Positions 26,850 through 37,415 are shown, counted from the first letter of the stretch. The stretch is DNA of 64,000 bases from Clostridia bacterium (GCA_017397805.1 JAFQHW010000027.1:5286-69285), one strand, 5' to 3'. Made by a program: numbers and translations. Notes: generated from the letters alone by a model not told the origin.

Positions 26850-29489
26850 TTATTTGATTTGTCCTTCAAGAACTGCGTTAACAGCCGCTAAAGCTTCATC
26901 TGTTTTAGCGGAATTTTTACCGCCGCTTGCCGCGTTATCGGGTCTGCCACCGCCGCCACCGCCTACGATGGGGGAGATGTTTTTAAGGATCATACCTGCG
27001 TGTGCACCCTTGGCAACGGCTTCTTTGCCGCAACCTGCAACGAATGCAACCTTTTCGCCGTCAATAGAGGCAAATACGCAAACAGCCAAAGGATCCTTGT
27101 CCTTAACTGCATCGATAGCAGATCTTAAAGCATCCGTAGTAACACCGTTAAAGGAGGCTTTAACAAGTTTTACACCCTTTACGTCTTCAGCGCTCTCAGC
27201 TGCTTCGTTAACCTTAGCCAGCGCCGCCTTTTGATTAAGGGAATCAAGCTCCTTCTTGAGGTTCTTGCCTTCATTTATAACGCTTTCGGCTTTATGAACA
27301 AGCTCGCCCTTGTTTGCTGCCTTTAAAGCGGCACCTACGCTGTTGATAAGGGCTTCGTCTTCCTTCATTTGAAGGATAACGTTCATGCCGGTAATACCTT
27401 CAATACGGCGTACACCTGCGGCAACGGAGCTTTCGGAAACTATTCTGAAAAGACCAGCCTTTGCAGTGTTGTCAAGGTGTGTACCTCCGCAAAGCTCGGT
27501 AGAGAAGTCACCCATCTTTACAACTCGTACAACGTCACCGTATTTTTCTCCGAACAAAGCCATAGCGCCCATAGCTTTTGCTTCTTCAATAGGCATTTCT
27601 TTGCAGCTGATAGCATCGCCTGCAAGAATTTCTTCGTTAACCAAAGCTTCAACTTTTTCAATTTCTTCTGCGGAAAGCGCCGCAAAATGCGTAAAGTCAA
27701 ACCTTACACGGCTTGCATCAACGTAAGAGCCCGCCTGCTCGATGTGGTTGCCTAAAACCTTTCTTAAAGCCGCCTGCAACAAGTGTGCGGTGGAGTGGTT
27801 GCGAGCTATAGCACTTCTCTTAACGCTGTCGATTTCAGCTACGGCTTTGCCTAAAGATACGGTTCCTTCAACTAACTGACCGATATGCAAATACTGACCG
27901 TCAGCGGTCTTCTTAGTGTCTGTAACTTCAAACTTGCCGCTTTCGGTTACGATATATCCCGTATCACCAACCTGTCCGCCGGATTCGGCATAGAAGCATG
28001 TCTTGTCCAAAACGATTACAGCGTTGCCGCCGCTGATCTCGGAAATAGCTTCGCCGTCTTTGATAATATATTTAATTTCAGCATCTGTCTTAACTTCGCT
28101 ATAGCCGGTAAATATGGTCTTAACGTTCTTATCAAGAATCTCGCCCAAATCAGCGCCGCCGCCCATGTAGTCGGTAGCGAAGCTTCTTGCGGCTCTTGCG
28201 CGCTCTTTCTGTTCCTTCATCAGCGCGGTGAAGCCGTCTATATCAACGGAAATTCCGTGTTCTGCGCTTATCTCTCTGGTTAAGTCGAGAGGGAAGCCGA
28301 AGGTATCGTTAAGCTTGAAAGCATCGGCACCGGAAATTTCTTTAGCATCTGTGTCTTTAGCCTTTTCGATCAAAGCCATCAGCATACCAAGACCTGCGTC
28401 GATAGTCTGTGCAAAGCGTTCTTCTTCCATAAGAATGGCTTTTTTGATGTATTCGCGCTTTTCTTCAAGCTCGGGATAGCCTGCCTTGCTCTCGTTTATA
28501 ACCGTATCAGCAAGAGTGGAGAGGAACAGTCCTTTGATGTTAAGCAATCTGCCGTGTCTTGCGGCTCTTCTGAGCAAACGGCGAAGAACGTAGCCGCGGC
28601 CTTCGTTGGAGGGGATAACACCGTCACTTATAAGGAACACGGTGCTTCTGATATGGTCGGTGATAACGCGCAAGGAAATATCTTTGTTTGAACTGCTCGC
28701 TTCATAGCTTACACCCGCCATGTCGCAAACCTTCATCATAACGTTGCGGATGGTATCAACCTCAAAGAGGTTGTTTACGTCCTGCATAACGCAAGCAAGA
28801 CGCTCAAGTCCCATGCCCGTATCGATGTTGGGATGCTCAAGTCTTTCATAGTTGCCGTTGCCGTCACCGTCAAACTGTGTGAAAACTATATTCCAAATTT
28901 CAAGGAAACGGTCACAGTCGCAACCGGGTTTACAGTCGGGGCTGCCGCAACCGTACTTAGGACCTCTGTCAAAATAGATCTCGGAGCAAGGACCGCAAGG
29001 ACCTGCACCAATTTCCCAGAAGTTGTCCTCTTTGCCCATTTTATATATACGTTCGGCGGGAACACCCGTTTTAAGCCATATATCTTTTGCTTCGTCATCA
29101 TCAAGATAAACGGAAACGGAAAGTAATTCTTCGGGGATTTCCAAAACCTTGGTCAAGAACTCCCAAGCCCACGGAATAGCCTCGGACTTAAAATAGTCAC
29201 CAAAGGAGAAGTTACCCAACATTTCAAAGAAGGTACCGTGTCTTGCGGTTATACCCACGCGCTCAATATCGGGCGTACGTATGCACTTTTGACAAGTGGT
29301 AACGCGCTTTCTGGGCGGAACCTGTGTGCCTGTAAAATAAGGCTTTAAAGGTGCCATACCCGCATTTATAAGTAATAGGGAATTATCGTTTTGGGGAACC
29401 AACGGGAAGGAATTTAAGCGAAGATGGCCTTTGCTTTCAAAAAAAGCCAAGTATTTTTCTCTCAGAACATTAAGCGATTCGTTTTTCAT
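26850..29489 (-). CDS. alaS: Alanine--tRNA ligase
   Basis: 879 aa with FEMLGNFSFGDYFK, the editing-domain motifs HSTAHLL and CGGTH, and a C-terminal DHHA1-like GGGGGRPD. Confidence 0.98.
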   Translation of the reverse strand: MKNESLNVLREKYLAFFESKGHLRLNSFPLVPQNDNSLLLINAGMAPLKPYFTGTQVPPRKRVTTCQKCIRTPDIERVGITARHGTFFEMLGNFSFGDYFKSEAIPWAWEFLTKVLEIPEELLSVSVYLDDDEAKDIWLKTGVPAERIYKMGKEDNFWEIGAGPCGPCSEIYFDRGPKYGCGSPDCKPGCDCDRFLEIWNIVFTQFDGDGNGNYERLEHPNIDTGMGLERLACVMQDVNNLFEVDTIRNVMMKVCDMAGVSYEASSSNKDISLRVITDHIRSTVFLISDGVIPSNEGRGYVLRRLLRRAARHGRLLNIKGLFLSTLADTVINESKAGYPELEEKREYIKKAILMEEERFAQTIDAGLGMLMALIEKAKDTDAKEISGADAFKLNDTFGFPLDLTREISAEHGISVDIDGFTALMKEQKERARAARSFATDYMGGGADLGEILDKNVKTIFTGYSEVKTDAEIKYIIKDGEAISEISGGNAVIVLDKTCFYAESGGQVGDTGYIVTESGKFEVTDTKKTADGQYLHIGQLVEGTVSLGKAVAEIDSVKRSAIARNHSTAHLLQAALRKVLGNHIEQAGSYVDASRVRFDFTHFAALSAEEIEKVEALVNEEILAGDAISCKEMPIEEAKAMGAMALFGEKYGDVVRVVKMGDFSTELCGGTHLDNTAKAGLFRIVSESSVAAGVRRIEGITGMNVILQMKEDEALINSVGAALKAANKGELVHKAESVINEGKNLKKELDSLNQKAALAKVNEAAESAEDVKGVKLVKASFNGVTTDALRSAIDAVKDKDPLAVCVFASIDGEKVAFVAGCGKEAVAKGAHAGMILKNISPIVGGGGGGRPDNAASGGKNSAKTDEALAAVNAVLEGQIK

Positions 29490-29529
29490 TGATATTATAA
29501 CCTCTCATAATAAAACTACGTTATTTTAC

Positions 29530-29558
29530 ATTTTACTCCTTTACTTTCGATTTGTCAA
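29530..29558 (-). promoter_or_regulatory. alaS promoter (short leader)
   Basis: Minus strand TTGACA (29558-29553), 17 nt, TAAAAT (29535-29530). This leaves only about 35 nt of 5' UTR. Confidence 0.65.
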
Positions 29559-29689
29559 CATCTACCGCAAGAAAGTGTAATGTTTTTCAAATATCATTAA
29601 CTAACTTTTTCCCTTGAGATATCCTATAAATAGCGCTGTTCTTATGTGCATCGCTTTTGTTTTTTTGTTTACACTACTTAAAGGGTATA

Positions 29690-29728
29690 AAAAATGCAAG
29701 CAGCCGTACGTTGACAGCTGCTTGCATA
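29690..29728 (-). terminator. Rho-independent terminator after the 346-aa dockerin protein gene
   Basis: Minus-strand stem ATGCAAGCAGC / GCTGCTTGCAT followed by TTTTTATACCC. Confidence 0.8.
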
Positions 29729-29824
29729 TTTCTGTGATTTATTCTGTTTAAACTGCTTATTCCCAATATTGACAAAAAGCCCTAAGATTGCCTTTAGTTA
29801 TGAATTGCTTTTTGTATGCATTGA

Positions 29825-30865
29825 TTATTTGCCCGAAAGCATTTTTTCAAGTACCATCAAGTCGGTGGTCGTAGGGCCGTTAATGCCCACAAGGCTTGTT
29901 GCGTACATAACGCAGGGATTAAGCTCCGTTTTATTCTTTATGCAATTCTCCATAATTGCATAGTCAATGGTAGAAACCATACCGTCACCGTTGGCATCAC
30001 CCTTAACTGCGGTGTAAAGCACGTCACCCTCGTCATTAACTATCCAATAACCTGTGCAAAGAATAACATCGTCGCTTAAAGGTCTGCCGTATTGGTCGTA
30101 AACCGCTACTCTTTCGTTAAACAGAGTTGTTGCCTGCTCTGCGGTAAGACCTTCTGCGGGGAGGGAGAAATAAGCACCATCGATGCTGTAGTCGCTGTTT
30201 TTCTTCGCATCATCCGTAAGTTCAATTATCGGCACGACTTCATCGTCTTCAGCTACGTCTTCAACGTCCCAAATCCATACGTCCTTTATACAATCAAGCT
30301 TTGCCAATTCTTCAATTTCCGCTTTGCCTAAGCTCATAGTGATCCAAGGACTGAATTTCATTTGACCTGTAATTTCACCAAGTCCGTTGCCGATTTGCGG
30401 ATAAGCTTCCAAGATCTTACGCACGCTTGATTCGTTCAGCTCTACAACGGCGCTTCTTCTCAGTGCAAGAGCTTTATCTGCATATTCCATCCTCAGCTTG
30501 TAAAACTCTGCACTGCTTTTGTCAAGTTTATCAACCTCTACACCAAGGGCAAGTGCTATTTGTTCACAAAAGTAAGGCTCGTAAGAGTCGCTTGCTTCGT
30601 CATAAACCCAACCTTCTGCAGTTGCTTTTTCAAGGAAAAGCTCATCCACAGGAGGGCAGAAGTTTATAGAATAGCTTTGGTCGGTATTTAATATAACCTG
30701 AGCAGTAACGGTTTCCTCGGTGTAGTTTGACAAAAACTCTTCATACTTTGCCCCCGAATTAAAACCAACCTTGCTTTCCCATGTTTCTTCCGCATATACG
30801 GGCATAATCGTAAAGGATGCCAAAAGAAGGAAAACGCATAGTGTTTTTAATAACCTTTTTACCAT
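29825..30865 (-). CDS. Secreted hypothetical protein with C-terminal dockerin (second segment degenerate)
   Basis: 346 aa with signal peptide MVKRLLKTLCVFLLLASFTIMPVYA. The dockerin segment GDANGDGMVSTIDYAIMENCI is followed by a degenerate INGPTTTDLMVLEKMLSG. Confidence 0.75.
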   Translation of the reverse strand: MVKRLLKTLCVFLLLASFTIMPVYAEETWESKVGFNSGAKYEEFLSNYTEETVTAQVILNTDQSYSINFCPPVDELFLEKATAEGWVYDEASDSYEPYFCEQIALALGVEVDKLDKSSAEFYKLRMEYADKALALRRSAVVELNESSVRKILEAYPQIGNGLGEITGQMKFSPWITMSLGKAEIEELAKLDCIKDVWIWDVEDVAEDDEVVPIIELTDDAKKNSDYSIDGAYFSLPAEGLTAEQATTLFNERVAVYDQYGRPLSDDVILCTGYWIVNDEGDVLYTAVKGDANGDGMVSTIDYAIMENCIKNKTELNPCVMYATSLVGINGPTTTDLMVLEKMLSGK

Positions 30866-31093
30866 AAAAATACTCCTTTCTATATTTTATTATAGGCTAA
30901 CATTGTTTTTTGTCAATATCGTAGTCACAATATCCATCGTGATGCGTACCGGAAGTTGTAAAGGTCATGCTAATGTTAATAATTTTACATTCTTTTTCTC
31001 CTTCTCAGAAAATATAGTTATTGTGTGCGCATCAAATTTATGCACCTTACGCCATCGAAATATCTACTGCTTCGTGAACATTACAATCGCCTT

Positions 31094-32860
31094 TCAAGTA
31101 GCCATCACATTATTACAAGTACCGGCATTGATGATCCCTGCATCGTAACGCAGAATTTGTGCCGCATCAAGGCTATCCACCTTACCGTCGAGGTTGAAAT
31201 CTGAGTAGGCAAAATCTACGCCGGTTAAAATACCTGCATCGTATTTAAGTATAAAAGCCGCATCAAGGCTATTCACCTCGCCGTCACCGTTCGCATCGCC
31301 CGTAGGAACAGTGTAATTCATAACATATTGAATAGGCACAGAATGAGGGAATGTATTGCTCGCGCTTTTATCTATGATATTCCATTGTTCAGCTGTTCCT
31401 GTGTAAAAAACGCTTATAAGGCTGTTACACCCCCAAAAAGCATTATTGGCAATGGTTTCTACACTTGTGGGTATAACTATCCTTTCTAAGTCTGAGCAAG
31501 TAACAAAAGCATTTTTACCTATATCGGTAACGGTGGACGGTATGCTTATGTTTTTAAGCCCTGAAACACCATCAAAGGCGTGGTCGCCTATGGAAAGCAC
31601 ACCATAAGGAATAACGCTTTTTTTGCAACCTGCTATCAGCAACTTGCCTTCGGTTTCAATAATACAGTTGCTCTCGCTATGATATTTTTTGTTTTCTTTA
31701 TCCACCTGCAAATTCGCAAGCTTTTTACAGCATTTTGTTATACCGATGTCAATAAAATCCACATCTTCGGGTATATATAATTCTTCAAGACTCGTGCAGT
31801 ATTCGAAAGCATATCTACCTATGCTTTTTACTGTTTTTGGTATGGTTATTTCTTCAAGGTTTTCACATTCTCCAAACGCCCACCCCATTATCGTTTCTAA
31901 CTCTTTGGATAAAACCACAGCTTTTAAGCTTTTACAACCGTAAAAGGCATAACTGCCGATATCTGTAACACTATCGGGAATAATTATGCTTTTAAGATTT
32001 TCACATCCTCTAAAAGAGTACTCCCTTATTATTTCTAACTTTTCCGATAAAACTATATCTTTTAAGCCTTTACAGCCATAAAAGGCATAACTGCCGATAT
32101 TTGTAACACTATCGGGAATAATTATATTTTCAACCCCGGTGCATTCAGCAAACGCATAGTCGCCTATACTTACAACGCCTTCAGGTATCGTAAACGCCCC
32201 AAAGCCGTTGCAGTTTGCAAAGGCATAGCTCCCGATAGTTACAACTCCCTTAGGGATAACACTGTTGTTGCAACCGTTTATAAGCGTTTTGCTTTCTTTT
32301 TCTATGATACAGTTACCTTCACTGTAATAAATGGTATTGCCTTCCTCAACCTCTATACTATTAAGGCTTGTGCACATGCGAAAAGCAGTGTCAAGTTTAA
32401 CAACACTTGTAGGAATAGTTATAGATTTTAGTCCTGTGCAACCTACAAAAGCGCCTCCTTCAATAGTATGTAATGCGCTTGGAAGCTTAATCTCTTCAAG
32501 AGCTGTACAGTCATAAAACGCCCAGGTTTCAATAACGGTTACAGAGCTTGGCATTATTACTTCGGTTAAGTATTTGTGTCCAAAGAAAGCGGCAAAGCCA
32601 ACAGAAGTAATGCCTTCTTTCATAATAACGGTTTTAACTTTGGTATGATCCCATTTTGTGTCGATGATCGGGTCGGGATAATCGGGGTCTGCCTGCATAT
32701 CTCCTTCGCCACTTATGGTAAGGATGCCGTTTGCATCAAGTATCCATTCAAGCTGTCCCCACGTTCCTGTAGTTTCATCTTCCGCTTTTACCGCAGATGG
32801 GGATACCAACGCTGTAACTGTCAATATCAGTGATAGCGCCAAAAAAACAAATCGTTTCAA
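31094..32860 (-). CDS. Secreted BspA-type leucine-rich-repeat protein with C-terminal type I dockerin
   Basis: The likely TTG start at 32860 lies 8 nt after AGGAGG and gives the signal peptide KRFVFLALSLILTVTALVSPSAVKA. There are many IIIPDSVT.IGSYAF repeat units. The dockerin is GDANGDGEVNSLDAAFILKYDA / SDFNLDGKVDSLDAAQILRYDA. Confidence 0.88.
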   Translation of the reverse strand: MKRFVFLALSLILTVTALVSPSAVKAEDETTGTWGQLEWILDANGILTISGEGDMQADPDYPDPIIDTKWDHTKVKTVIMKEGITSVGFAAFFGHKYLTEVIMPSSVTVIETWAFYDCTALEEIKLPSALHTIEGGAFVGCTGLKSITIPTSVVKLDTAFRMCTSLNSIEVEEGNTIYYSEGNCIIEKESKTLINGCNNSVIPKGVVTIGSYAFANCNGFGAFTIPEGVVSIGDYAFAECTGVENIIIPDSVTNIGSYAFYGCKGLKDIVLSEKLEIIREYSFRGCENLKSIIIPDSVTDIGSYAFYGCKSLKAVVLSKELETIMGWAFGECENLEEITIPKTVKSIGRYAFEYCTSLEELYIPEDVDFIDIGITKCCKKLANLQVDKENKKYHSESNCIIETEGKLLIAGCKKSVIPYGVLSIGDHAFDGVSGLKNISIPSTVTDIGKNAFVTCSDLERIVIPTSVETIANNAFWGCNSLISVFYTGTAEQWNIIDKSASNTFPHSVPIQYVMNYTVPTGDANGDGEVNSLDAAFILKYDAGILTGVDFAYSDFNLDGKVDSLDAAQILRYDAGIINAGTCNNVMAT

Positions 32861-33328
32861 TGTTTGTTCCTCCTGAATATAGATTTCACGAATCAATAAA
32901 TTTACCCATAAACTTTACAGATAAAATGGCTACAACATGGCTCACCCACGACCTTTCTGTATTATAAACGCTCAGCATACAAAACAAGGAATATTTCAGC
33001 TTTAGAATTTTCTACTGTTCATACATGCATTTTTGTGCGAGGTATAAATATCTTGTCGCATTTTCTATAATCTAACCACTACACTATATAATGTCAGTTT
33101 TTTACTTTTTGTCCAAAAAAATTTTCAAATATTTTCAAAAAAATTGGAATTGTTTTAGAAACGCCGATTTTGCGTTATTCCGTCTTTCTGTAAAAAATCA
33201 TCAAAATATTATGAAAATACAACAATCGTAAGAAAATATGCCGTTTTTTCGGCTTTTTAAGCAAAATTCTTGACTATTGTCCCGATAGATGGTATCTTAA
33301 AAGAAAGTAAATGCAGGAGGAACATGAT

Positions 33329-34021
33329 ATGACTAAGACGATTATGGCAATAGGCGGTCATATTGGAGATATGGAGCTTACGGCAGGCGGAGTTCTTGCG
33401 ACGGCGGCACTAGAGGGGGCAAAAATCATCACCGTTGCTTTGACTGCGGGCGAGAGAGGGAATCCGCCTCATATGAGTGTTTCCGATTACAGAAAACAAA
33501 AAGAAGCCGAAGCAAAGGCTTTTGCGGAGATGCTTGGCGGGGAAGCGGTGGTGTTTCCGTACTGTGACGGCGAATTGCCCGAAAACGATGAGGTTGCCTT
33601 CGCACTTTGCGACATTATCAGAAAGTATAAGCCTAACGTTTTGATAACCCATTGGAAAAACAGCATGCACAAAGACCATATTGCCACCCACAACATTGTA
33701 AAAAAGGCGCAGTTTTACGCAGGGCTTAAGTCTATAGAGCGTGAGCTTCCGGGGCATTATGCAGACGGACCGTACTATGCGGAGAACTGGGAGGATGCCG
33801 AAGACTTTACGCCCTACGTTTACTCAGAGGTCAGCCCCGAAGGCTTTGAGTTATGGGAAAAAGCCATAAACACTCAATGGTTTGCTCTAAACAGTACTTC
33901 GTTCAAGTATAAAGAATATTATTCCAACCTTATGCGCACCCGCGGGATTTTTATCCGCAAACAGTACGCCGAGGGTTTTCAGATAGACGATTACAAGAAG
34001 TACGTAATTAAGCAGCTGTAA
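33329..34021 (+). CDS. PIG-L/LmbE family deacetylase
   Basis: About 230 aa from the ATG at 33329, 8 nt after AGGAGG. Motifs AIGGHIGDMEL and HKDH. Confidence 0.8.
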   Translation: MTKTIMAIGGHIGDMELTAGGVLATAALEGAKIITVALTAGERGNPPHMSVSDYRKQKEAEAKAFAEMLGGEAVVFPYCDGELPENDEVAFALCDIIRKYKPNVLITHWKNSMHKDHIATHNIVKKAQFYAGLKSIERELPGHYADGPYYAENWEDAEDFTPYVYSEVSPEGFELWEKAINTQWFALNSTSFKYKEYYSNLMRTRGIFIRKQYAEGFQIDDYKKYVIKQL

Positions 34022-34050
34022 TAAAGCATTTTTTGGAAAGGGTGATTAAA

Positions 34051-34392
34051 ATGAAAAAAATAATCATATTGGCGCTTCCTTTGTTGCTATTTTTTGTTTT
34101 GGTGGTTCCGTACAGATACGTAAACAGTGAATTTATCGTTGATTGGCTTGGATGCGGATGCCCTCAAGTGGACGCTGAAACGGGCGAGATAGTGGAGAAT
34201 TATTTCAACGCCAACGATTTCACTCAGCTTTTCTGGCTGTTTATTGCCGCGTGTGTTACGGCTATTTCCGCGTTTCTTACAAGGCTTTTGCCTGAAGGCA
34301 AGACGTGGATTAAAATTCTTTACGTGCTCGGCATGCTTATAACATCGCTTGTTATATCCTATTTGTTTATCCAATCCATGATGTGGAATTGA
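34051..34392 (+). CDS. Small hypothetical membrane protein
   Basis: 113 aa with three predicted hydrophobic segments. No family recognised. Confidence 0.5.
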   Translation: MKKIIILALPLLLFFVLVVPYRYVNSEFIVDWLGCGCPQVDAETGEIVENYFNANDFTQLFWLFIAACVTAISAFLTRLLPEGKTWIKILYVLGMLITSLVISYLFIQSMMWN

Positions 34393-34456
34393 CCTTTACA
34401 TCAGGCGAAATTTGTGTTATAATTAATGAAAATAAGAATGTATAACGGAGAGGTTT

Positions 34457-35677
34457 ATGAAGAAAGTTTTTGGGTTTTATACTAAAGTACCGCTAATATT
34501 GCGTATTGCGGTGGGTTTGACTATCGGTATCGTGTTGGGACTTTTTGTTCCTCAAGCCGATTTCGTTACCGTTTTCGGTGACGTTTTTGTAGGTGCGTTG
34601 AAAGCTATTGCGCCTATACTGGTTTTCGTTTTGGTTATTTCTTCTTTGGCAAGTGCCGGCCAGGGCATTGGCTCAAGGTTTAAAACGGTAATCGTTTTGT
34701 ATATGTTAAGCACGTTTTTGGCGGCGGTCGTTGCCGTTGTCGGCAGTTACATCTTTAAGGTTACTATTCCTCTCAGTGAAGCGGTTGACCAAACTGCGCC
34801 CGAAGGTTTAGGCGAAGTATTTAAGACTTTGCTCGGCAATATGGTAATGAATCCGATTACTGCCATTATCGAAGGTAAATACATAGGTATTCTCACTTGG
34901 TCGGTGGTTTTGGGTTTGGCTTTGCGCGCTTCGGGTGACAATACAAAGAAAGTACTTAATGATATTTCCGCCGGTGTATCCAAGGCGGTTGCGTGGGTAA
35001 TTCAGCTCGCCCCCTTCGGAATTATGGGTCTTGTTTATTCTTCTGTAGGCGAATACGGAATTGAAATATTTACGGATTACGGTAAGGTGTTGTTATTGCT
35101 GGTAGGTTGCATGATTGCCGTGGCACTTATCGTTGACCCCTTGGTTGTTGCAATTACTCTTAGAAAAAACCCGTACCCCTTGGTATTAAAATGCTTTAAA
35201 GAATCGGGTATTACCGCATTCTTCACAAGAAGCTCAGCGGCAAATATCCCCGTTAATATGAAGCTTTGCGAAAAGCTCGGGCTTGACAAAGAATATTATT
35301 CCGTAGCTATTCCCTTGGGTGCAACTATCAATATGGACGGTGCCGCAATAACCATAACGGTATTGTCCCTTTCGGCTGCGTTTTCACAAGGAATAAGCGT
35401 TAATTTTATGGTTGCAATATTACTTAGCTTCGTTGCTACCCTCGGTGCGTGTGGTGCATCCGGGGTGGCGGGCGGCTCCCTTTTGCTTATCCCTATGGCG
35501 TGTTCTTTACTTGGTGTCGGTCAGGATATCGCAATGCAGGTCGTTGCCGTTGGATTTATCATCGGCGTTGTTCAAGACTCTCTTGAAACGGCTATCAATT
35601 CTTCCGGTGACGTTATTTTCTGTGCAACTGCGGAATACTACGACAGGAAGAAAAAAGGCGAAACTATAGATTTCTAA
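34457..35677 (+). CDS. sstT: Serine/threonine:sodium symporter (DAACS family)
   Basis: 406 aa polytopic protein with FFTRSSAANIPVN and GATINMDGAAI motifs. Confidence 0.9.
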   Translation: MKKVFGFYTKVPLILRIAVGLTIGIVLGLFVPQADFVTVFGDVFVGALKAIAPILVFVLVISSLASAGQGIGSRFKTVIVLYMLSTFLAAVVAVVGSYIFKVTIPLSEAVDQTAPEGLGEVFKTLLGNMVMNPITAIIEGKYIGILTWSVVLGLALRASGDNTKKVLNDISAGVSKAVAWVIQLAPFGIMGLVYSSVGEYGIEIFTDYGKVLLLLVGCMIAVALIVDPLVVAITLRKNPYPLVLKCFKESGITAFFTRSSAANIPVNMKLCEKLGLDKEYYSVAIPLGATINMDGAAITITVLSLSAAFSQGISVNFMVAILLSFVATLGACGASGVAGGSLLLIPMACSLLGVGQDIAMQVVAVGFIIGVVQDSLETAINSSGDVIFCATAEYYDRKKKGETIDF

Positions 35678-35687
35678 ATTTTCAACG

Positions 35688-35716
35688 AATCCCCTCGAAA
35701 TTTTTCGGGGGGATTT
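35688..35716 (+). terminator. Terminator hairpin after sstT
   Basis: Stem AATCCCCTCGAAA / TTTCGGGGGGATT with one G-U pair. The T tail is short. Confidence 0.55.
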
Positions 35717-35822
35717 GCAGCTTTCTCTGTGTTTACGTTGTTTTTGTTCACAATTATAAATAAGTGTTAATTTCTCCTCGAAATTTTGATGTTTTTTATC
35801 GCTTGTTTTACCGTAGCTTGTG

Positions 35823-35851
35823 TTGCAAATATGAACGGATTGTGTTACAAT
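35823..35851 (+). promoter_or_regulatory. Promoter for the DUF1538 / PII-like operon
   Basis: TTGCAA (35823-35828), 17 nt, TACAAT (35846-35851). Confidence 0.55.
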
Positions 35852-35885
35852 TATTGCAGATCACAGAGAGCACTGAGGGGTTTTG

Positions 35886-37415
35886 ATGACACATATTTTT
35901 GCATCTTTTAAGGAGTCGCTTACGTCGGTTTTGCCCATAGCACTGATCGTTATGGTTCTTTCGGTTACGGTCGTTGCACTTGAGGCAGGCGTACTGGTTT
36001 TGTTTTTGTTCGGTACCGTTTTTCTTATTCTCGGTATGAGCTTTTTTACCGTTGGTTCAACCATTTCCATGGAGCCGTTGGGTGACGGTATAGGTAAAAC
36101 CTTAACCAAGAAAAAGCTCTCAATAATACCCATTGTAATATGCCTTGTGCTTGGCTTTATTATTACCGTTTCGGAGCCGGATTTGCAGGTGCTTGCGGAA
36201 CAGGTACCTACGATCCCCAACGCGGTTTTGATAAACTGTGTTGGTATCGGTGTAGGTCTTTTCCTTGCTGTAACTCTGGTCAGAAACAAAAAAGGTTTTC
36301 CTCTTCGCAGGCTTCTCGTTTTGTTTTACGGTGTCGTAATTGCTCTTGCGTTCTTCGCCCCCGGTGAGTTTGTTGCCACGGCTTTTGACTCAGGCGGTGT
36401 TACCACCGGCCCTATCACCGTACCGTTTATTATGGCAATGGGTGCTGGTCTTGCAGCAAGCAAGAAGGGCAAAAGCGCAGGAGAGCAAAGCTTCGGCCTT
36501 GTTGCGCTTTGCAGTATAGGTCCCATTCTATCCGTTCTTCTTCTCAGTATTTTCTATAATCCCGCGGCCGAAACTTCAACCTATGAAATAGTAGACGTTA
36601 AAACTACCATGGATGCATTCCGTCAGTTTGCAATCGCACTCCCGCATTACGCAATGGAAATTGCAACCGCGTTTGCTCCTATCGGCTTGATTTTTGTTGC
36701 CTTTCAGGTTATAACCCGAAGATACCGTATGCATAGCGTGCTTAAAATGACCTTCGGTTTTGTTTATACATATGTGGGACTCGTGCTTTTCTTAACCGGT
36801 GCAAACGTTGGATTTATGCCTGCCGGTAGGCTTATAGGCGCTGAAATCGCGGGCGGTTCTTTTAAATCCCTGATTATACCCATCGGTATGCTTATGGGTT
36901 ATTTCGTTGTTACCGCAGAGCCTGCCGTACACTCTCTTAAAAGACAGGTTAACGATATAACCAAAGGTGCTATCTCACAAAAATCCGTAGCGATCTCTCT
37001 TTCGATAGGTGTTTCGGCTTCGGTTGGTATCGCAATGCTTCGTGTTTTGACGGGCATACCTATATTGCCTTTCCTGATTGTGGGATATGCCGCGTCGCTT
37101 GTCATCAGCTACTTCGTTCCCAGTATCTATACGGGCATCGCGTTTGACTCGGGCGGTGTTGCAAGCGGTCCCATGACGTCAACTTTTATGCTTCCGTTTG
37201 CCATGGGCGCTTGTGAAGCAATTGGAGGAAACGTTATGACCGATGCTTTCGGTATCGTGGCGCTTATTGCAATGGCACCGCTTATTACTATTCAGGTGCT
37301 CGGTCTTGTGGAGAGAAGACAGCACGCAAGCAGAGTTAAGAAGTTCCACAACGAAATCAGCACCGTCAAGGATGATATCGTATTTTTCTGTGAGGAGGGT
37401 ACAGTAAATGATTAA
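35886..37415 (+). CDS. DUF1538-family polytopic membrane protein, internally duplicated
   Basis: About 509 aa. The two halves share motifs: TVSEPDLQVLAEQV vs TAEPAVHSLKRQV, and AFDSGGVTTGPITVPFIMAMG vs AFDSGGVASGPMTSTFMLPFAMG. Confidence 0.75.
   Translation: MTHIFASFKESLTSVLPIALIVMVLSVTVVALEAGVLVLFLFGTVFLILGMSFFTVGSTISMEPLGDGIGKTLTKKKLSIIPIVICLVLGFIITVSEPDLQVLAEQVPTIPNAVLINCVGIGVGLFLAVTLVRNKKGFPLRRLLVLFYGVVIALAFFAPGEFVATAFDSGGVTTGPITVPFIMAMGAGLAASKKGKSAGEQSFGLVALCSIGPILSVLLLSIFYNPAAETSTYEIVDVKTTMDAFRQFAIALPHYAMEIATAFAPIGLIFVAFQVITRRYRMHSVLKMTFGFVYTYVGLVLFLTGANVGFMPAGRLIGAEIAGGSFKSLIIPIGMLMGYFVVTAEPAVHSLKRQVNDITKGAISQKSVAISLSIGVSASVGIAMLRVLTGIPILPFLIVGYAASLVISYFVPSIYTGIAFDSGGVASGPMTSTFMLPFAMGACEAIGGNVMTDAFGIVALIAMAPLITIQVLGLVERRQHASRVKKFHNEISTVKDDIVFFCEEGTVND

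Noticed and set aside
29490-29760. Possible T-box or other riboswitch leader upstream of alaS
   Set aside because: No T-box consensus, specifier-loop architecture or antiterminator was seen. The region is explained by a promoter 35 nt upstream of the start and the terminator of the upstream gene.
30771-31148. 125-aa plus-strand ORF in the spacer between the two dockerin genes
   Set aside because: It starts inside the 346-aa dockerin gene on the opposite strand. It is hydrophobic and low-complexity, with no RBS.
10500-32500. Inverted paralogous LRR-dockerin genes (8944-11964 plus strand, 31094-32860 minus strand) as substrates for a ~20-kb invertible segment
   Set aside because: DNA identity between the two genes is only about 70 percent over short LRR units, with no long identical stretches. 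No recombinase is nearby.
32897-33310. 413-bp AT-rich intergenic region screened for sRNA, riboswitch or small ORFs
   Set aside because: It contains only a weak 4-bp hairpin (GCCG..CGGC plus a T-run at ~33240) and promoter-like elements for the flanking divergent genes. No conserved motif was recognisable.
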